Virus record (IMG/VR): IMGVR_UViG_3300030109_003187
Span: 3,213-67,212 of that record
DNA length: 64,000 bases
Source: a virus
Reading direction: 5' to 3' (one strand)
Under the pieces are notes generated by a model. It made no database searches and had not been told where the DNA came from. It worked only from the letters and a program-made list of their open reading frames with translations. Both the position numbers and the translations under genes were made by a program. How positions within the stretch are numbered: the first letter of the stretch is position 1; every line of letters begins with the position of its first letter. Below are positions 54,600-64,000 of this stretch, piece by piece.

Positions 54600-54871
54600 T
54601 CCATAACCTGACTAGGGTCTGGTAAAAGTTTGGTGAGTTTCTGACCATCATCTGGAGATAGGTTCGCTATATCAATTTCTATAGAACGACCATCTGGGTC
54701 GGTGTAACTAAGCCAATGGCTAAAAGCATGTCGCCAGTAGTTTGAAAAATCTAGGCTACCGTGAGTCATTAGCGGTGCGATTTCTTGCACATGATAAAAT
54801 GTTAAGCGCCGCTTGCTAACTTCTACTGGTTTACCGTTTATTGTTATTTTACTCTTGTTCTCCTGTAACAT
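54536..54871 (-). CDS. Tail assembly chaperone (lambda gpG-like)
   Basis: Downstream of the tail tube; GTT TTT CGG site near its 3' end. Confidence 0.6.
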   Translation of the reverse strand: MLQENKSKITINGKPVEVSKRRLTFYHVQEIAPLMTHGSLDFSNYWRHAFSHWLSYTDPDGRSIEIDIANLSPDDGQKLTKLLPDPSQVMEWLVFRPAKLDKSSSSLTGDL

Positions 54872-55070
54872 ACTTACTCACTTCCTCGCCGGATAGTGCC
54901 TCTTGTGAGGGGCTATCCTCCAGTTTCAGGTGAGCGAATGGGTCATCACTGGCTCGCCCTGCTTCTGGGTCAAAGAGGTACTCTCCGCCCTCTTCCTCTT
55001 CTTCTTCTGTATCTTCGACAAATATAGCCCGCTTGACAGCGTTTAGAGACCTTATTATTCTCATTGGCAT
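54849..55070 (-). CDS. Small acidic protein
   Basis: GGAG SD; poly-E tract. Confidence 0.55.
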   Translation of the reverse strand: MPMRIIRSLNAVKRAIFVEDTEEEEEEGGEYLFDPEAGRASDDPFAHLKLEDSPSQEALSGEEVSKYVTGEQE

Positions 55071-55079
55071 ATTATCTCC

Positions 55080-57104
55080 TCAACAGTGGTAAATCGTATC
55101 TTCGCTAATTACTTTGACATTCTGAGGCTTGATTTTCATGGTTGTGAACAACAGCCCCTTGTCGTCAGGTACAGGTATCGCTAACTCAGTTATGAAGTAA
55201 TCGTCTGCGACTATCCTCAAACTTGGAGTTGAACCTGAGCCAGTGGATGTAACCGGCTTGGTGAAGTGAAGCATGATAGTACCTCCGGTAGAACCTGCTG
55301 TCCCACCTGTCTGTACATGTGTTCTAAGTTGATGGTAGAGCGCAGCATCTTGTAAAGCAATAGTAACCTCCATGTCAAAATTCTCTTTACCTTCTCTGAT
55401 GATAGATGCGTTACGAGTACCACCGTAAGGTACTTGCTTTGTACTTAAGTTGTCAGAGTTGACTGTTTCTGCAATAGGGTTACTTTGGATAGTGTGGAAA
55501 ACTTCTACACCAGTCTTTCCTTTGAGTTCAAATGCACTAACAAATCCTAAGTTTTGGTCGAATGCAGTTATTGTACCGTTGTAAAACATAAAAGGTTTCT
55601 CAGAACCTTTTGCTATACCAGATGCTTTCTTCTCAGCCAGCCCTGTGGCAACATTTTGAAACATACGGTTAGCAGTGTATCTATCACCTTGGTTAGCGCT
55701 CTCAAGTCTACCTGTGTCAGTAAAACAAGAAAGAGCATCGAATACAGCACGATATTTTAGTTCAGCATCTACTGTACTGGTTAATTCGTATTCAACTATC
55801 TTACAACCTCTGAATATCCTAGTCAGTTGTTTGGTGTCACCAGCCGAACCGGGTGCTATTGTAGTCTCGTTACGAGCATTGAAAGAACCTAAATCCCTAG
55901 TCCTCACACTGTGTTCTATAGAAAAACTAGGTACAGTTTCTCCAGAAAATAAAAGCCTTCTGACAGGGTTAACTATTTTTCTACTAGCATCTACATGAGG
56001 GCTGCCTGTGCTACTATCAGTAGCGTACTTTCTAAGTTCTATAGTGTCGGATGTAGTATGTTCAAATTGCCAACCGTCGTCAACATAAATGCGAAAGCCC
56101 CCAGATATTTGTTCTATCGCACTTATTCTTCTACATTCACTACTTTCTGCCCACTCAAAGTGGTGAGCATCTGACGACAAGCCTGCACCGTTTGGCCAAT
56201 AGATATTACTACTTGCACCTGAGTCAGGAGTTTTGTATGTAGTGGTTGGAACTAAAGTACCGTCTTTAATAAGTAAGTAATCACCTACTCCGGCAGTGGT
56301 ACCGTTCATAGAAAGACTACCAATGTCTACATGCCCTTGACCGGGGTGAATATTTTTCAACGGGATAACAGTCCCCGCAGAACCCGGATGAGTGCCGCAG
56401 GCTGTCTGGTCAACAACTTCTCTACCAAGGCTGTAGTAAAGCCACTTTGGACTATGTAGTGGCATTTCTATAGAACCGCCCATGTGATGGACTTTTCCTG
56501 TTTGTTGAACAGCCACTTGCCTACCTAATCCCACTACATGATAACTATGCAAATCTACTTTGGTGTCAGGTAATGTCATGAAAGAAGCAAGTCCTACGAA
56601 TCCATCTATAAAACTGGCTTCTTTAGATAACTTTGCGGCTGCGTCAATAACTGTCTCACCATTACCTGCAACCGTAGGAAAGCCAGTAGAATGGATGAGA
56701 ATGCTGTCACCTGTACCACTACTCACTGACGCTTGTGTAAGCGCAGGGACTATTTTGATTTTAGTAACAGAGTCAAATGTGTGGTCGATAATCGTGTATA
56801 ATCTACTTTTCAAATCAGTATAGTAGAAAGGAGAGAAGTTGTTTTGACCAGATGCTGTAGAATGGAATGACATCTTTTGTCCAATCAACATACCTACAGG
56901 AGTTTTCAGCGCTGCTTTAGCACTCTCGAATATACTAGCACTACCGGATGCCGTTCCAGCAAACACTATCTCTGTGTGAGTAGGATTACTAATGTCAGTA
57001 GTGGCTGTCCATGTGCATGGTTCACTGTGCTCAATCATAAGACTGGTCTCATGACCCATAATAACTTCGGAGACATCTCCCTTATAGTGAGCACCAAAAC
57101 TCAT
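55080..57104 (-). CDS. Major tail tube protein with inserted accessory domains
   Basis: Synteny; PSFSIE..., RIFRGCKI, PFMFYNG tube-like motifs. Confidence 0.7.
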   Translation of the reverse strand: MSFGAHYKGDVSEVIMGHETSLMIEHSEPCTWTATTDISNPTHTEIVFAGTASGSASIFESAKAALKTPVGMLIGQKMSFHSTASGQNNFSPFYYTDLKSRLYTIIDHTFDSVTKIKIVPALTQASVSSGTGDSILIHSTGFPTVAGNGETVIDAAAKLSKEASFIDGFVGLASFMTLPDTKVDLHSYHVVGLGRQVAVQQTGKVHHMGGSIEMPLHSPKWLYYSLGREVVDQTACGTHPGSAGTVIPLKNIHPGQGHVDIGSLSMNGTTAGVGDYLLIKDGTLVPTTTYKTPDSGASSNIYWPNGAGLSSDAHHFEWAESSECRRISAIEQISGGFRIYVDDGWQFEHTTSDTIELRKYATDSSTGSPHVDASRKIVNPVRRLLFSGETVPSFSIEHSVRTRDLGSFNARNETTIAPGSAGDTKQLTRIFRGCKIVEYELTSTVDAELKYRAVFDALSCFTDTGRLESANQGDRYTANRMFQNVATGLAEKKASGIAKGSEKPFMFYNGTITAFDQNLGFVSAFELKGKTGVEVFHTIQSNPIAETVNSDNLSTKQVPYGGTRNASIIREGKENFDMEVTIALQDAALYHQLRTHVQTGGTAGSTGGTIMLHFTKPVTSTGSGSTPSLRIVADDYFITELAIPVPDDKGLLFTTMKIKPQNVKVISEDTIYHC

Positions 57105-57574
57105 GGTATCGTCTCCGCTAGTATTACTACCTCTACTTGAAATGTATGTCTGTATAACTTCTTGGTTCGGTCACTTAAATCAGTTCGAGTCTTGAGAATC
57201 ATACGGTCAAAGTTTTCTCCGTCACCCTTTCTACTATTATGGATAACTCTTCTCATCTCGTTTTCCATCTTTCGCAATCTTGACCTACCTCTTGCTGTCC
57301 TCATGTCGATTGTGATATTGTAACGAGTTGTTACGAAGTTATACATCAAATCAGGTACTTCTTCATTCTGTGCTGTTTCATAACATAGAATGAAATCATG
57401 TCTTTGTAAATCTAATCTCTTACCACGCTCAGGCCCTTCGCTGGCTATGTCTATGATAACTGGCTTTATGTTATCAGAATTAGCCCTGTTCCAACCAGCA
57501 CCAGTACCTGCATCATGAGTGGCTTTGAGTATGTCGATGACGGTCTCAAGTGGCTCTTTGAATGTAGCAACCAT
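57101..57574 (-). CDS. Tail terminator / completion protein
   Basis: Size and synteny between adaptor and tube; ITIDMRT...EMRRVI. Confidence 0.6.
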   Translation of the reverse strand: MVATFKEPLETVIDILKATHDAGTGAGWNRANSDNIKPVIIDIASEGPERGKRLDLQRHDFILCYETAQNEEVPDLMYNFVTTRYNITIDMRTARGRSRLRKMENEMRRVIHNSRKGDGENFDRMILKTRTDLSDRTKKLYRHTFQVEVVILAETIP

Positions 57575-59136
57575 TAAGAGAACACCACCACTTCTTTGTA
57601 GCGTACTAGTAATTCTTCTGCTTCTTTACGGAATAGTTGAATCTTAGCACCAAGGTCAACATTTTGTGAGCCTTCTGGTATCAAAACGCTTCTGTCATCT
57701 GATAGTAGTAAGTCAGCCGCTACCATCTTTGTAGCAGCCTCTTCTATAGCCTTTTCAAGATACCTTTCTCCATAGATATAAGATACCTTGACAGCGTTGT
57801 GTTCAAAGAAAGGATAAGAATTGTTGAAGTAAATGATACCCATCTCTGCATCAAGCCACCAATCTTTGAGACGGGCTTGGTCACCAGTACCACCTTGTAA
57901 ACTAATTTTAAAACTACTTTGACTAATTGTTCCAGTGATTGCTCCTAGGCTGCCAGTAACAGCAGTACAGGTTATAAATCTAGTAGCATCTTTACTTTCG
58001 TATCTAAATATATCTCCACTAGCGTCTATACATACACCTGAGCCTAAGAAACCTTCTGTACTGTCAACTGTAATATCGTCAGAAGAAAGACTAGCGAATG
58101 TAGCAGTTACCCCCGTAGACGGTGACAAACTAATACCGCTAGATGCGACTATAGAACATGTTTCCCCACCCTTACTTTGCCTCATACTACTAACTTTGAG
58201 TGTACCGTTACCGTAGTCTGCATTAGCAGTTGCTAAGAATTCGTTATGAACAGCAATATTAGAGGTAGAGCCTTCTAATGTAAACGCTGGACTAAAGTCT
58301 ACAGCAGTCTTACTTACTCTATCTTCTTTGTTAATTAAGTCTGCAAGATTTTGTGCAGCGGTGACTTTATCAAAATCTTTCCTCCAATTAGTAGAACCTG
58401 TACCAATTGATAGTAATGCAGCACTACCATTGCCGGGAGAAAGTGCAATATTACCATCGGTTGTAGTTAAGTCGTCAGGTAGCGTTATGCGAACTTCTGC
58501 ACCACATAACTCTCGATAATCATCACCTTGCCAAAGTTCAAGCCTCAGTATTTGCTGAACATTTCTAAACAACAGAGGGGTAGTTCCTACATAATCTGTA
58601 AAGTATCTACGCCTGTATGGTTTGTAAGTATCGAAATTGATGTATTCTGCTGAGACTAAATAAGGCCTCCAAGCATTGTGAGTAATGTTATCAATGCGGT
58701 CTTGGACTTCTTTGATTCTGGTTTCAACCACTGACCTCTTCATACCACTGGTTTTACCATTGGTGAAGGCCGCTTGATTTTGGATATAGGTATTGTCAGC
58801 CGTCTGATAGTCTGAGATGTTTGAGATGTTATCACCTGTGAAATACAAGGCTACACCATTTGAACCACCCTCAGTAACCGCTGTAATCTTTTTCTCAACA
58901 CCCAGTGCCTGTGCATCACTGTAGATGAGAATGGTGTCGCCTACTGCGAAGCCATGGCTTCTGTAATCGGAACCTGTAACATAAACCCTGTCGGCCTCTG
59001 TATTTGCACTAGCCAACACCGCTTCACTAGGTCCAATCCCTAGTAAGTCTGCTACTTTCTGAGCAGTAGTGTATACTATTGCGTCAGGTTCAAGAGGGCG
59101 TGTTTCTGGCTCTCCGGGTGAAAATACTACTGGCAT
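57574..59136 (-). CDS. Head-tail adaptor with insertions
   Basis: YTTAQKVADLL start; VKVSYIYG...IEEAATKMVA end. Confidence 0.7.
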   Translation of the reverse strand: MPVVFSPGEPETRPLEPDAIVYTTAQKVADLLGIGPSEAVLASANTEADRVYVTGSDYRSHGFAVGDTILIYSDAQALGVEKKITAVTEGGSNGVALYFTGDNISNISDYQTADNTYIQNQAAFTNGKTSGMKRSVVETRIKEVQDRIDNITHNAWRPYLVSAEYINFDTYKPYRRRYFTDYVGTTPLLFRNVQQILRLELWQGDDYRELCGAEVRITLPDDLTTTDGNIALSPGNGSAALLSIGTGSTNWRKDFDKVTAAQNLADLINKEDRVSKTAVDFSPAFTLEGSTSNIAVHNEFLATANADYGNGTLKVSSMRQSKGGETCSIVASSGISLSPSTGVTATFASLSSDDITVDSTEGFLGSGVCIDASGDIFRYESKDATRFITCTAVTGSLGAITGTISQSSFKISLQGGTGDQARLKDWWLDAEMGIIYFNNSYPFFEHNAVKVSYIYGERYLEKAIEEAATKMVAADLLLSDDRSVLIPEGSQNVDLGAKIQLFRKEAEELLVRYKEVVVFS

Positions 59137-59180
59137 ACATCACCCTCCTTGCTTAGCCATAATATGATACATCATTAAAT

Positions 59181-59465
59181 CTACTGTTCTTTTTGACCTA
59201 GATTAAAATCTATTTTTTGGCCGCAAGTTCTGCACTTGTCAACCCAGCAGAAGTAAAGCATGCCACAATGCTTGCAGCGTGTGCCACTACCGATGTTCAG
59301 TACATCACCAGCGTTCTTGTTACGATTGCGTTGCTTCATAGTAAACCCAGCAAGTGGGTTGTCTTCATTAGTTTTGACAGAAGTTCCATAAGACTCATTG
59401 AGGCGAATACCACGCTTCTGCAAGCGCTCTATATCGCCAAGGTCAAGGTTGCCAAAAGATTCCAT
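59181..59465 (-). CDS. Zn-ribbon protein
   Basis: CKHCG...CRTCG. Confidence 0.65.
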   Translation of the reverse strand: MESFGNLDLGDIERLQKRGIRLNESYGTSVKTNEDNPLAGFTMKQRNRNKNAGDVLNIGSGTRCKHCGMLYFCWVDKCRTCGQKIDFNLGQKEQ

Positions 59466-59474
59466 GTCTGCTCA

Positions 59475-59681
59475 TCACGCTTTGTAAATGATTACCAAAT
59501 AAGCGTTTCCTAAGATATTAAGCATTTCTATACCAACAATAGTGTTGGCTGTGTCAGCATCTGTTACAGCGTCAAAGCCTGCATCCAAAAGATTTTGAAT
59601 AGCAGTTGCTCCTGAAAAGTCACCCGGTGGTAAAGGACCAACGACTTTTGATTTCAAATTAGCCAGATTTGCAGAACCCAT
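59475..59681 (-). CDS. Small virion-module protein
   Basis: ORF in the late operon. Confidence 0.55.
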   Translation of the reverse strand: MGSANLANLKSKVVGPLPPGDFSGATAIQNLLDAGFDAVTDADTANTIVGIEMLNILGNAYLVIIYKA

Positions 59682-59689
59682 ATCAATCC

Positions 59690-60076
59690 CTACTTAGAGC
59701 CTATTATTAGAAACTTACCTATTTCGTCACCATTAGATAAAAGTCCAAAGGCTGTATCAGCAGAACCTTGGTTGCTGGCCCCTTGTATGTTAACAATCTT
59801 TTCACCTGACTGGAGTAAATTATTCCATTCGACCTGAATATTATCCATGACAATATCGAACTTTCTAAAGTCATCATCTGTTGTTATCGTTAAGTTAAAA
59901 GGTCTAAAATTAGTTACAGTGGATATGTACATTACATGTTCTATTTGTCTCATAAATGGTTTAACATCTATTACACTAAGAACTATTGAAGTGTCCTTTG
60001 TAGCAGTGACTCCAAGAACCACTTTATTACCTACAGATACAGGTCTTTCATATTTAACTGCTAATCCCAAAATCAT
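59690..60076 (-). CDS. Decoration-like protein, paralog 4
   Basis: ERPVSVGN start; FLIIGSK end. Confidence 0.55.
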   Translation of the reverse strand: MILGLAVKYERPVSVGNKVVLGVTATKDTSIVLSVIDVKPFMRQIEHVMYISTVTNFRPFNLTITTDDDFRKFDIVMDNIQVEWNNLLQSGEKIVNIQGASNQGSADTAFGLLSNGDEIGKFLIIGSK

Positions 60077-60810
60077 CGCCTCCCTATTAGTGAAAATTTA
60101 TACCTGCTGGAAAACAAAGCCCCTTCGAGAAGGTGGTCACCCATAATTTTGGAGTCCATGTGGTCCACTATTCTAATGATATTGTCATTCTTTATCAATA
60201 TAGATGGCCTCGTATTCAACTCTTTAGTACCGGCAAAACCACTAACAGTACCTGCGTCGCTAAGGTTAGCCCGAACAAATCCGTTAGCGCCTCCCGCCAC
60301 TGTCACAGGTTCATGTTCAGTAAACCCAGTACCATTTGAAGTAGCCTTTACAGTTGCTAGTGCTCCACCAGATACTGTTATAGTAGCATTACATGTTTGA
60401 CCACTTAACACTCCAGTCAAAGTGACCCCTGAGCCAGCACTGTAGCCCTCGCCTGCGTCGATTATTTCTAAAGCGGTATCTCCAGTAGCCATTCTTCCGT
60501 TAGTATCAGTTAGTCCTGTGGCAAAAGTATTATTAGCATTGTTTGCGTTAATTAGTTTAAAACTTCCTGTTATACCGGGTCTTGAACCGCCACTCCTGTT
60601 TTCTGCTGTCTCAACATATGGGTCTATATTAAATGACACAATAGAAGATACAAAATCAGAAAAGTCTATACCGTCTTCGGTAGAAATCAAAACTGTTGAA
60701 CCAAAACCACCACTTACTGGGTCAAAGGTACCTTGTATCAATATTAAATTACCTATAGAAGAAACAGTTTGTATATTCGCTGTAGTAGTAACCACTTTAT
60801 CTCCTCCCAA
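60073..60810 (-). CDS. Decoration-like protein, paralog 3, with inserted GxGY beta module
   Basis: VSSIGNL start; FSLIGRR end; true start probably GTG 60795. Confidence 0.55.
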   Translation of the reverse strand: MGGDKVVTTTANIQTVSSIGNLILIQGTFDPVSGGFGSTVLISTEDGIDFSDFVSSIVSFNIDPYVETAENRSGGSRPGITGSFKLINANNANNTFATGLTDTNGRMATGDTALEIIDAGEGYSAGSGVTLTGVLSGQTCNATITVSGGALATVKATSNGTGFTEHEPVTVAGGANGFVRANLSDAGTVSGFAGTKELNTRPSILIKNDNIIRIVDHMDSKIMGDHLLEGALFSSRYKFSLIGRR

Positions 60811-61240
60811 TAATTGTCAATTTGGCTTCAGTAGTAGCGTAATTAGGCGAAGTTCTATCTGAACTACCTATTAATAAACTAGTTTCGCCGCTAGTAGTCT
60901 GGTATCCAACAGTAGGATAAGAATTAAAACCCGATGTGCCATTATTATCAGCAGCGTTATTAACCGGAGTTTCACCTCTATCTATAATTGTACAGGCTTT
61001 TTTCATTATACCTGTGTAATTATCTGTAGTCTGTACATGTATATTTGCACCAAATACTTCTCTTAGACCTATATCTTTTAGTTTAATCTCTTTAGTATAA
61101 CGAGTAAGAACATTTTCTGTGACACGAGAGCCTGTCTTGAATGTATCAGAAAAGTCAAATGTACCCGGTAAAAGGTTAATTTCTAACAAGGTATAGGTAC
61201 CCAAAGTGGATGTTGAGGTTATTTTGTAAAAATTAGTCAC
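60797..61240 (-). CDS. Decoration-like protein, paralog 2
   Basis: STLGT start; LTIIGRR end. Confidence 0.55.
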   Translation of the reverse strand: MTNFYKITSTSTLGTYTLLEINLLPGTFDFSDTFKTGSRVTENVLTRYTKEIKLKDIGLREVFGANIHVQTTDNYTGIMKKACTIIDRGETPVNNAADNNGTSGFNSYPTVGYQTTSGETSLLIGSSDRTSPNYATTEAKLTIIGRR

Positions 61241-61256
61241 CTAAGTCACCGCCTAA

Positions 61257-61523
61257 TCAGCGATGACCCATGGCCATAAATATTCCACTTTTATCGTTAG
61301 CCGCTGCTTTGATGTTAGCCGTTGTATCACCAACGCCTGTCAACCAAGCATGCATTTGTGTGTTATCAGCGCCGTTAACGGTAATAGAAAATACTGTACT
61401 AAGGTGGTCACTCAAATCTAATACTTCTGCACTAGATGTGCCGCTGATAACAAAACTACCAGTGACTACATGCATGTTACCGAAGGTACTAACTCTTTCA
61501 TCAAATGTTACTGCTATTGCCAT
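61257..61523 (-). CDS. Decoration-like protein, paralog 1
   Basis: ERVSTFGN start; FMAMGHR end. Confidence 0.55.
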   Translation of the reverse strand: MAIAVTFDERVSTFGNMHVVTGSFVISGTSSAEVLDLSDHLSTVFSITVNGADNTQMHAWLTGVGDTTANIKAAANDKSGIFMAMGHR

Positions 61524-61948
61524 TATTCTTCAACTCCGTCTGTTTCTACGATTGGGTCCTCGATTATAGTATCTTCTACCACTTCTTCTGCTACAGGCTC
61601 AGGAGCGACCTCCTCAACCACTGGCTCTGGTGCCGGTGGATTGAGTGTGGTCTTTACCTTATCCAAGAGTTTTGCTTTAGTAGCATACCCTGTGATAGAT
61701 ACTCCTTTGTCTTTTAACCAACCTGTAATATCTTTCTTAGTCCAACCTGCGTCAGGTAATCCGTCGTTTCCTTCATCGACTGTCTTAGGCTCCATGCCTT
61801 CGATACGCCAATGGGTTCTTGCGAATCTCCATTCGTTCTCTGCTATCCACTCTTGGGAAACTTCTACTGGTACCAATCTACCCGCCATTTCTTTTTGGCC
61901 GGGTATTCTTCGGTAAGTGTCAGGTCCAAGAAATACTATCTTGGGCAA
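61523..61948 (-). CDS. Protein with HeH/LEM/SAP-like helical motif and acidic tail
   Basis: WTKKDITGWLKDKGV...ATKAKLL. Confidence 0.65.
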   Translation of the reverse strand: MPKIVFLGPDTYRRIPGQKEMAGRLVPVEVSQEWIAENEWRFARTHWRIEGMEPKTVDEGNDGLPDAGWTKKDITGWLKDKGVSITGYATKAKLLDKVKTTLNPPAPEPVVEEVAPEPVAEEVVEDTIIEDPIVETDGVEE

Positions 61949-61959
61949 GTTTCCTCACC

Positions 61960-62382
61960 TCAAGCCACTATCATTAAACAAGTTACTAATGCATCGGATG
62001 TACCAGTTACCTTGAAAGTCGCTACACCAGCGGCGCTGATTGCTTCTTTTAGTGTCACTCCTGCTGCTGCCGTAGAGTTGTCGCCTACGATTACTGCCTG
62101 AATTCTCGATGCGCTACCAGTTAAAGTAAGTGTCTCATTGTTTGCTAACCCTGTGGTAAATCTTCCCATAACTAGTTTCAAACCCTTTACTGCGTTCCCA
62201 TCGGTGTTAGCGGCGTTAAAACCTGCTAATGTACCCGGATAAGAACCACCTGAGTTTCCATCCAACCAATTTGTATCATCGACTGGTGTCCCTGCATATA
62301 GGTCTAAAACTAAGTCTTCTGTGAAAACTGCACTGTTCAAAGTTGTATATATAATTCCGCTTGCTCCTGTTGTTTCTGCCAT
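61960..62382 (-). CDS. Minor capsid / cement-like protein
   Basis: Directly downstream of the MCP; small, beta-rich. Confidence 0.55.
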   Translation of the reverse strand: MAETTGASGIIYTTLNSAVFTEDLVLDLYAGTPVDDTNWLDGNSGGSYPGTLAGFNAANTDGNAVKGLKLVMGRFTTGLANNETLTLTGSASRIQAVIVGDNSTAAAGVTLKEAISAAGVATFKVTGTSDALVTCLMIVA

Positions 62383-62420
62383 AATTAATCATCTCCTATT
62401 ATTTTTTTCTCCATTAGTCC

Positions 62421-63599
62421 TCATTGAAGGTCACGAATTGAACCTTGTCCTCCGAAGAAAGTTGTCCATACTTCACCCATTGTGCGGTAAAGTCCCTCTT
62501 GACCGAGGCGGTTAATGGCGAATGGGTCTCCAGTTTCAATTCCAGACTCAAAGTATTGAGTTGGTTTTGCAGTACTGTAGTACAAATAATCAGTGTCTAG
62601 CATGTAAACTCTGCTGATACCATCGGCTGTAACATCCTTAGATGGGATAATTGGTACACCATTGTAGGTAGCAACGATAAATCCTGCTTCCATACCCGGT
62701 ACACCTTTTACACCGTTGTAAGTTGGTACAACACGCTTCTCTTCCATGAATCTTTGTTGACTTTGTAGTAGTTGTTGAAGTCTCATCAAAGTATCGTATC
62801 CGGTTAGCATAACCTTTGGATTGCCACCACGGACCCAGATTTTTCTAAACATTTCATCAAAGTGGTCTAGGCTTAGGGTTCTGTTGGTTCCCTTTACACC
62901 AGAAGTACTTACTTCTGCTCTAGCCCAGCCTGTGGTTCCTCTGTCGTTAAGTGCATCAATTGAATAGATGTCTGCGTCAGCAGCACCACCGTAATCTCCA
63001 CCTGCTCCATTAAAGTCCATTGTGTCAGCAGCGTTTCCAGATGTTGTGCATGAACCAGTAGTAACACGGTCAAGTGATTCGATGTTGTTACCTGCTGGTG
63101 TGTCGACATCAGTTAGTAGCATACCGTTAATCATCTCTGCGTGGTGCTTACCCATTTCTTCTTTCAATACTGAGCGAATGTCACCAAGTCCGTCATCCTT
63201 GTCGTTAAGGAAGATTGCTGTCTCAGACATATCGAATGAGTGAGCAACGGTCTTTGGCTTTGCTGCAACATTTTGGAAAGTTGGTTTTTGTGTGTCAGGT
63301 AGAGTACCGTTCTCTGCTATTCCACCGCTTACAGTAGCAGATGGTTTAGAAGTTACTACTCTCCATCCGCTTCGGTCCCAAGGTTTCTTAGGTAGGATAG
63401 AGAAGGCGTTGAACTCTTGGTTCAATTGACTCCATACTTTTCTACCGTATATTGCTTGGTATGTTCCTGCTGTAGTGGAAAGCATAGGTGCATCTGCCTT
63501 TAGTAGTTCAGAACCACTGTAGGAATATCCCATACTTTGCCCAGCGCCATAATAATAACGCTCCATATCATTTACTGTTCTCATATAATTTCTTGCCAT
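62421..63599 (-). CDS. Major capsid protein (HK97 fold)
   Basis: 392 aa; E-loop IAENGTLP, PKTVAH.F, ESLDRV, TYNGVPII, VYMLDT; follows the scaffold. Confidence 0.88.
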   Translation of the reverse strand: MARNYMRTVNDMERYYYGAGQSMGYSYSGSELLKADAPMLSTTAGTYQAIYGRKVWSQLNQEFNAFSILPKKPWDRSGWRVVTSKPSATVSGGIAENGTLPDTQKPTFQNVAAKPKTVAHSFDMSETAIFLNDKDDGLGDIRSVLKEEMGKHHAEMINGMLLTDVDTPAGNNIESLDRVTTGSCTTSGNAADTMDFNGAGGDYGGAADADIYSIDALNDRGTTGWARAEVSTSGVKGTNRTLSLDHFDEMFRKIWVRGGNPKVMLTGYDTLMRLQQLLQSQQRFMEEKRVVPTYNGVKGVPGMEAGFIVATYNGVPIIPSKDVTADGISRVYMLDTDYLYYSTAKPTQYFESGIETGDPFAINRLGQEGLYRTMGEVWTTFFGGQGSIRDLQ

Positions 63600-63615
63600 A
63601 TATATTCCTCCTTAT

Positions 63616-64000
63616 CTAGTTCCAGACGCTCCCTGCTAGTCTGTGTACATCATCCCAACTCATTGAGTTAAGTTCCTCGGCTGATGGTATTTCAACTCTG
63701 GACATGTCACTGCTCTTACGAATAGTTGCTTCTGGAGCAGCAGTGGAGATGTTATCAATTCTTGAACTCAAGTCAGATAGAGCCTTTTCGATGTTAGCAA
63801 GAGGTGTTCTTGCGTCAAAGGAAGCGGCTTCTTTTGCTTGTGCTTCTGAAGTAAGTTCTTTGTTAAGTCTGTCAGCGAATACTCCGCTTAGGTTGTTCTT
63901 GAATTGTTCTTCAAGAGCCGCTGCTTTGTATACTTCATAGGCTGCTTCTACATCAGTAGAAGAAACAGTGCTTGGGTGCAAGTAGCCTTTTGCTACTGCG
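63616..64000 (-). CDS. C-terminal scaffold part of prohead protease/scaffold protein (5'-truncated by the window)
   Basis: Frame open to the window edge; coiled-coil; upstream of the MCP. Confidence 0.65.
   Translation of the reverse strand, partial: AVAKGYLHPSTVSSTDVEAAYEVYKAAALEEQFKNNLSGVFADRLNKELTSEAQAKEAASFDARTPLANIEKALSDLSSRIDNISTAAPEATIRKSSDMSRVEIPSAEELNSMSWDDVHRLAGSVWN

Larger units (their letters stand above)
1..64000. mobile_element. Archaeal tailed virus genome segment, magrovirus-like (probable MGII/Poseidoniales host)
   Basis: Archaeal-type PolB, PCNA, RFC, AEP primase, XPF and group II chaperonin on +; capsid and tail module on -; dense small ORFs; no rRNA or ribosomal protein genes. 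Confidence 0.85.

Overview
A 64-kb segment of a tailed dsDNA virus genome (Caudoviricetes) with archaeal-type replication genes. Gene content and layout best match the magroviruses of Marine Group II Euryarchaeota (Poseidoniales); this is inferred, not searched. The plus strand (1-28.4 kb) carries many small, tightly coupled early genes, an SNF2/HARP-like helicase, a DUF932 protein and a pyrimidine-dimer glycosylase-like protein. A replication block follows: degenerate ATP-ligase, RFC, RPA-like protein, ATPase, PCNA, PolB, MazG-like protein, Cas4-like nuclease, fused PriS-PriL, XPF nuclease, MCM-like ATPase, DEDD exonuclease and thermosome. The minus strand (28.4-64 kb) is the virion module: scaffold C-terminus, major capsid protein, four paralogous decoration-like proteins, adaptor, tail tube, frameshift-type chaperones, a very short tape-measure candidate, two Dit-like paralogs, a 5.6-kaa adhesin-like protein and a hub. 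Main observation: two unrelated, apparently inserted enzymes, a cryptic protein-kinase-fold protein (6440-7270) and a Mesh1/SpoT-type HD hydrolase (32135-32560), share an N-terminal leader MT..(F/M)(D/E)xAWxLLK. Its end matches ELLK/A in the capsid-protein leader, suggesting a protease-cleaved tag that loads effector enzymes into the virion. Also seen: mini-genes bounded by exact direct repeats at stop/RBS/start junctions, and a duplicated 23-bp TATA element. All product calls come from motif reading by eye.
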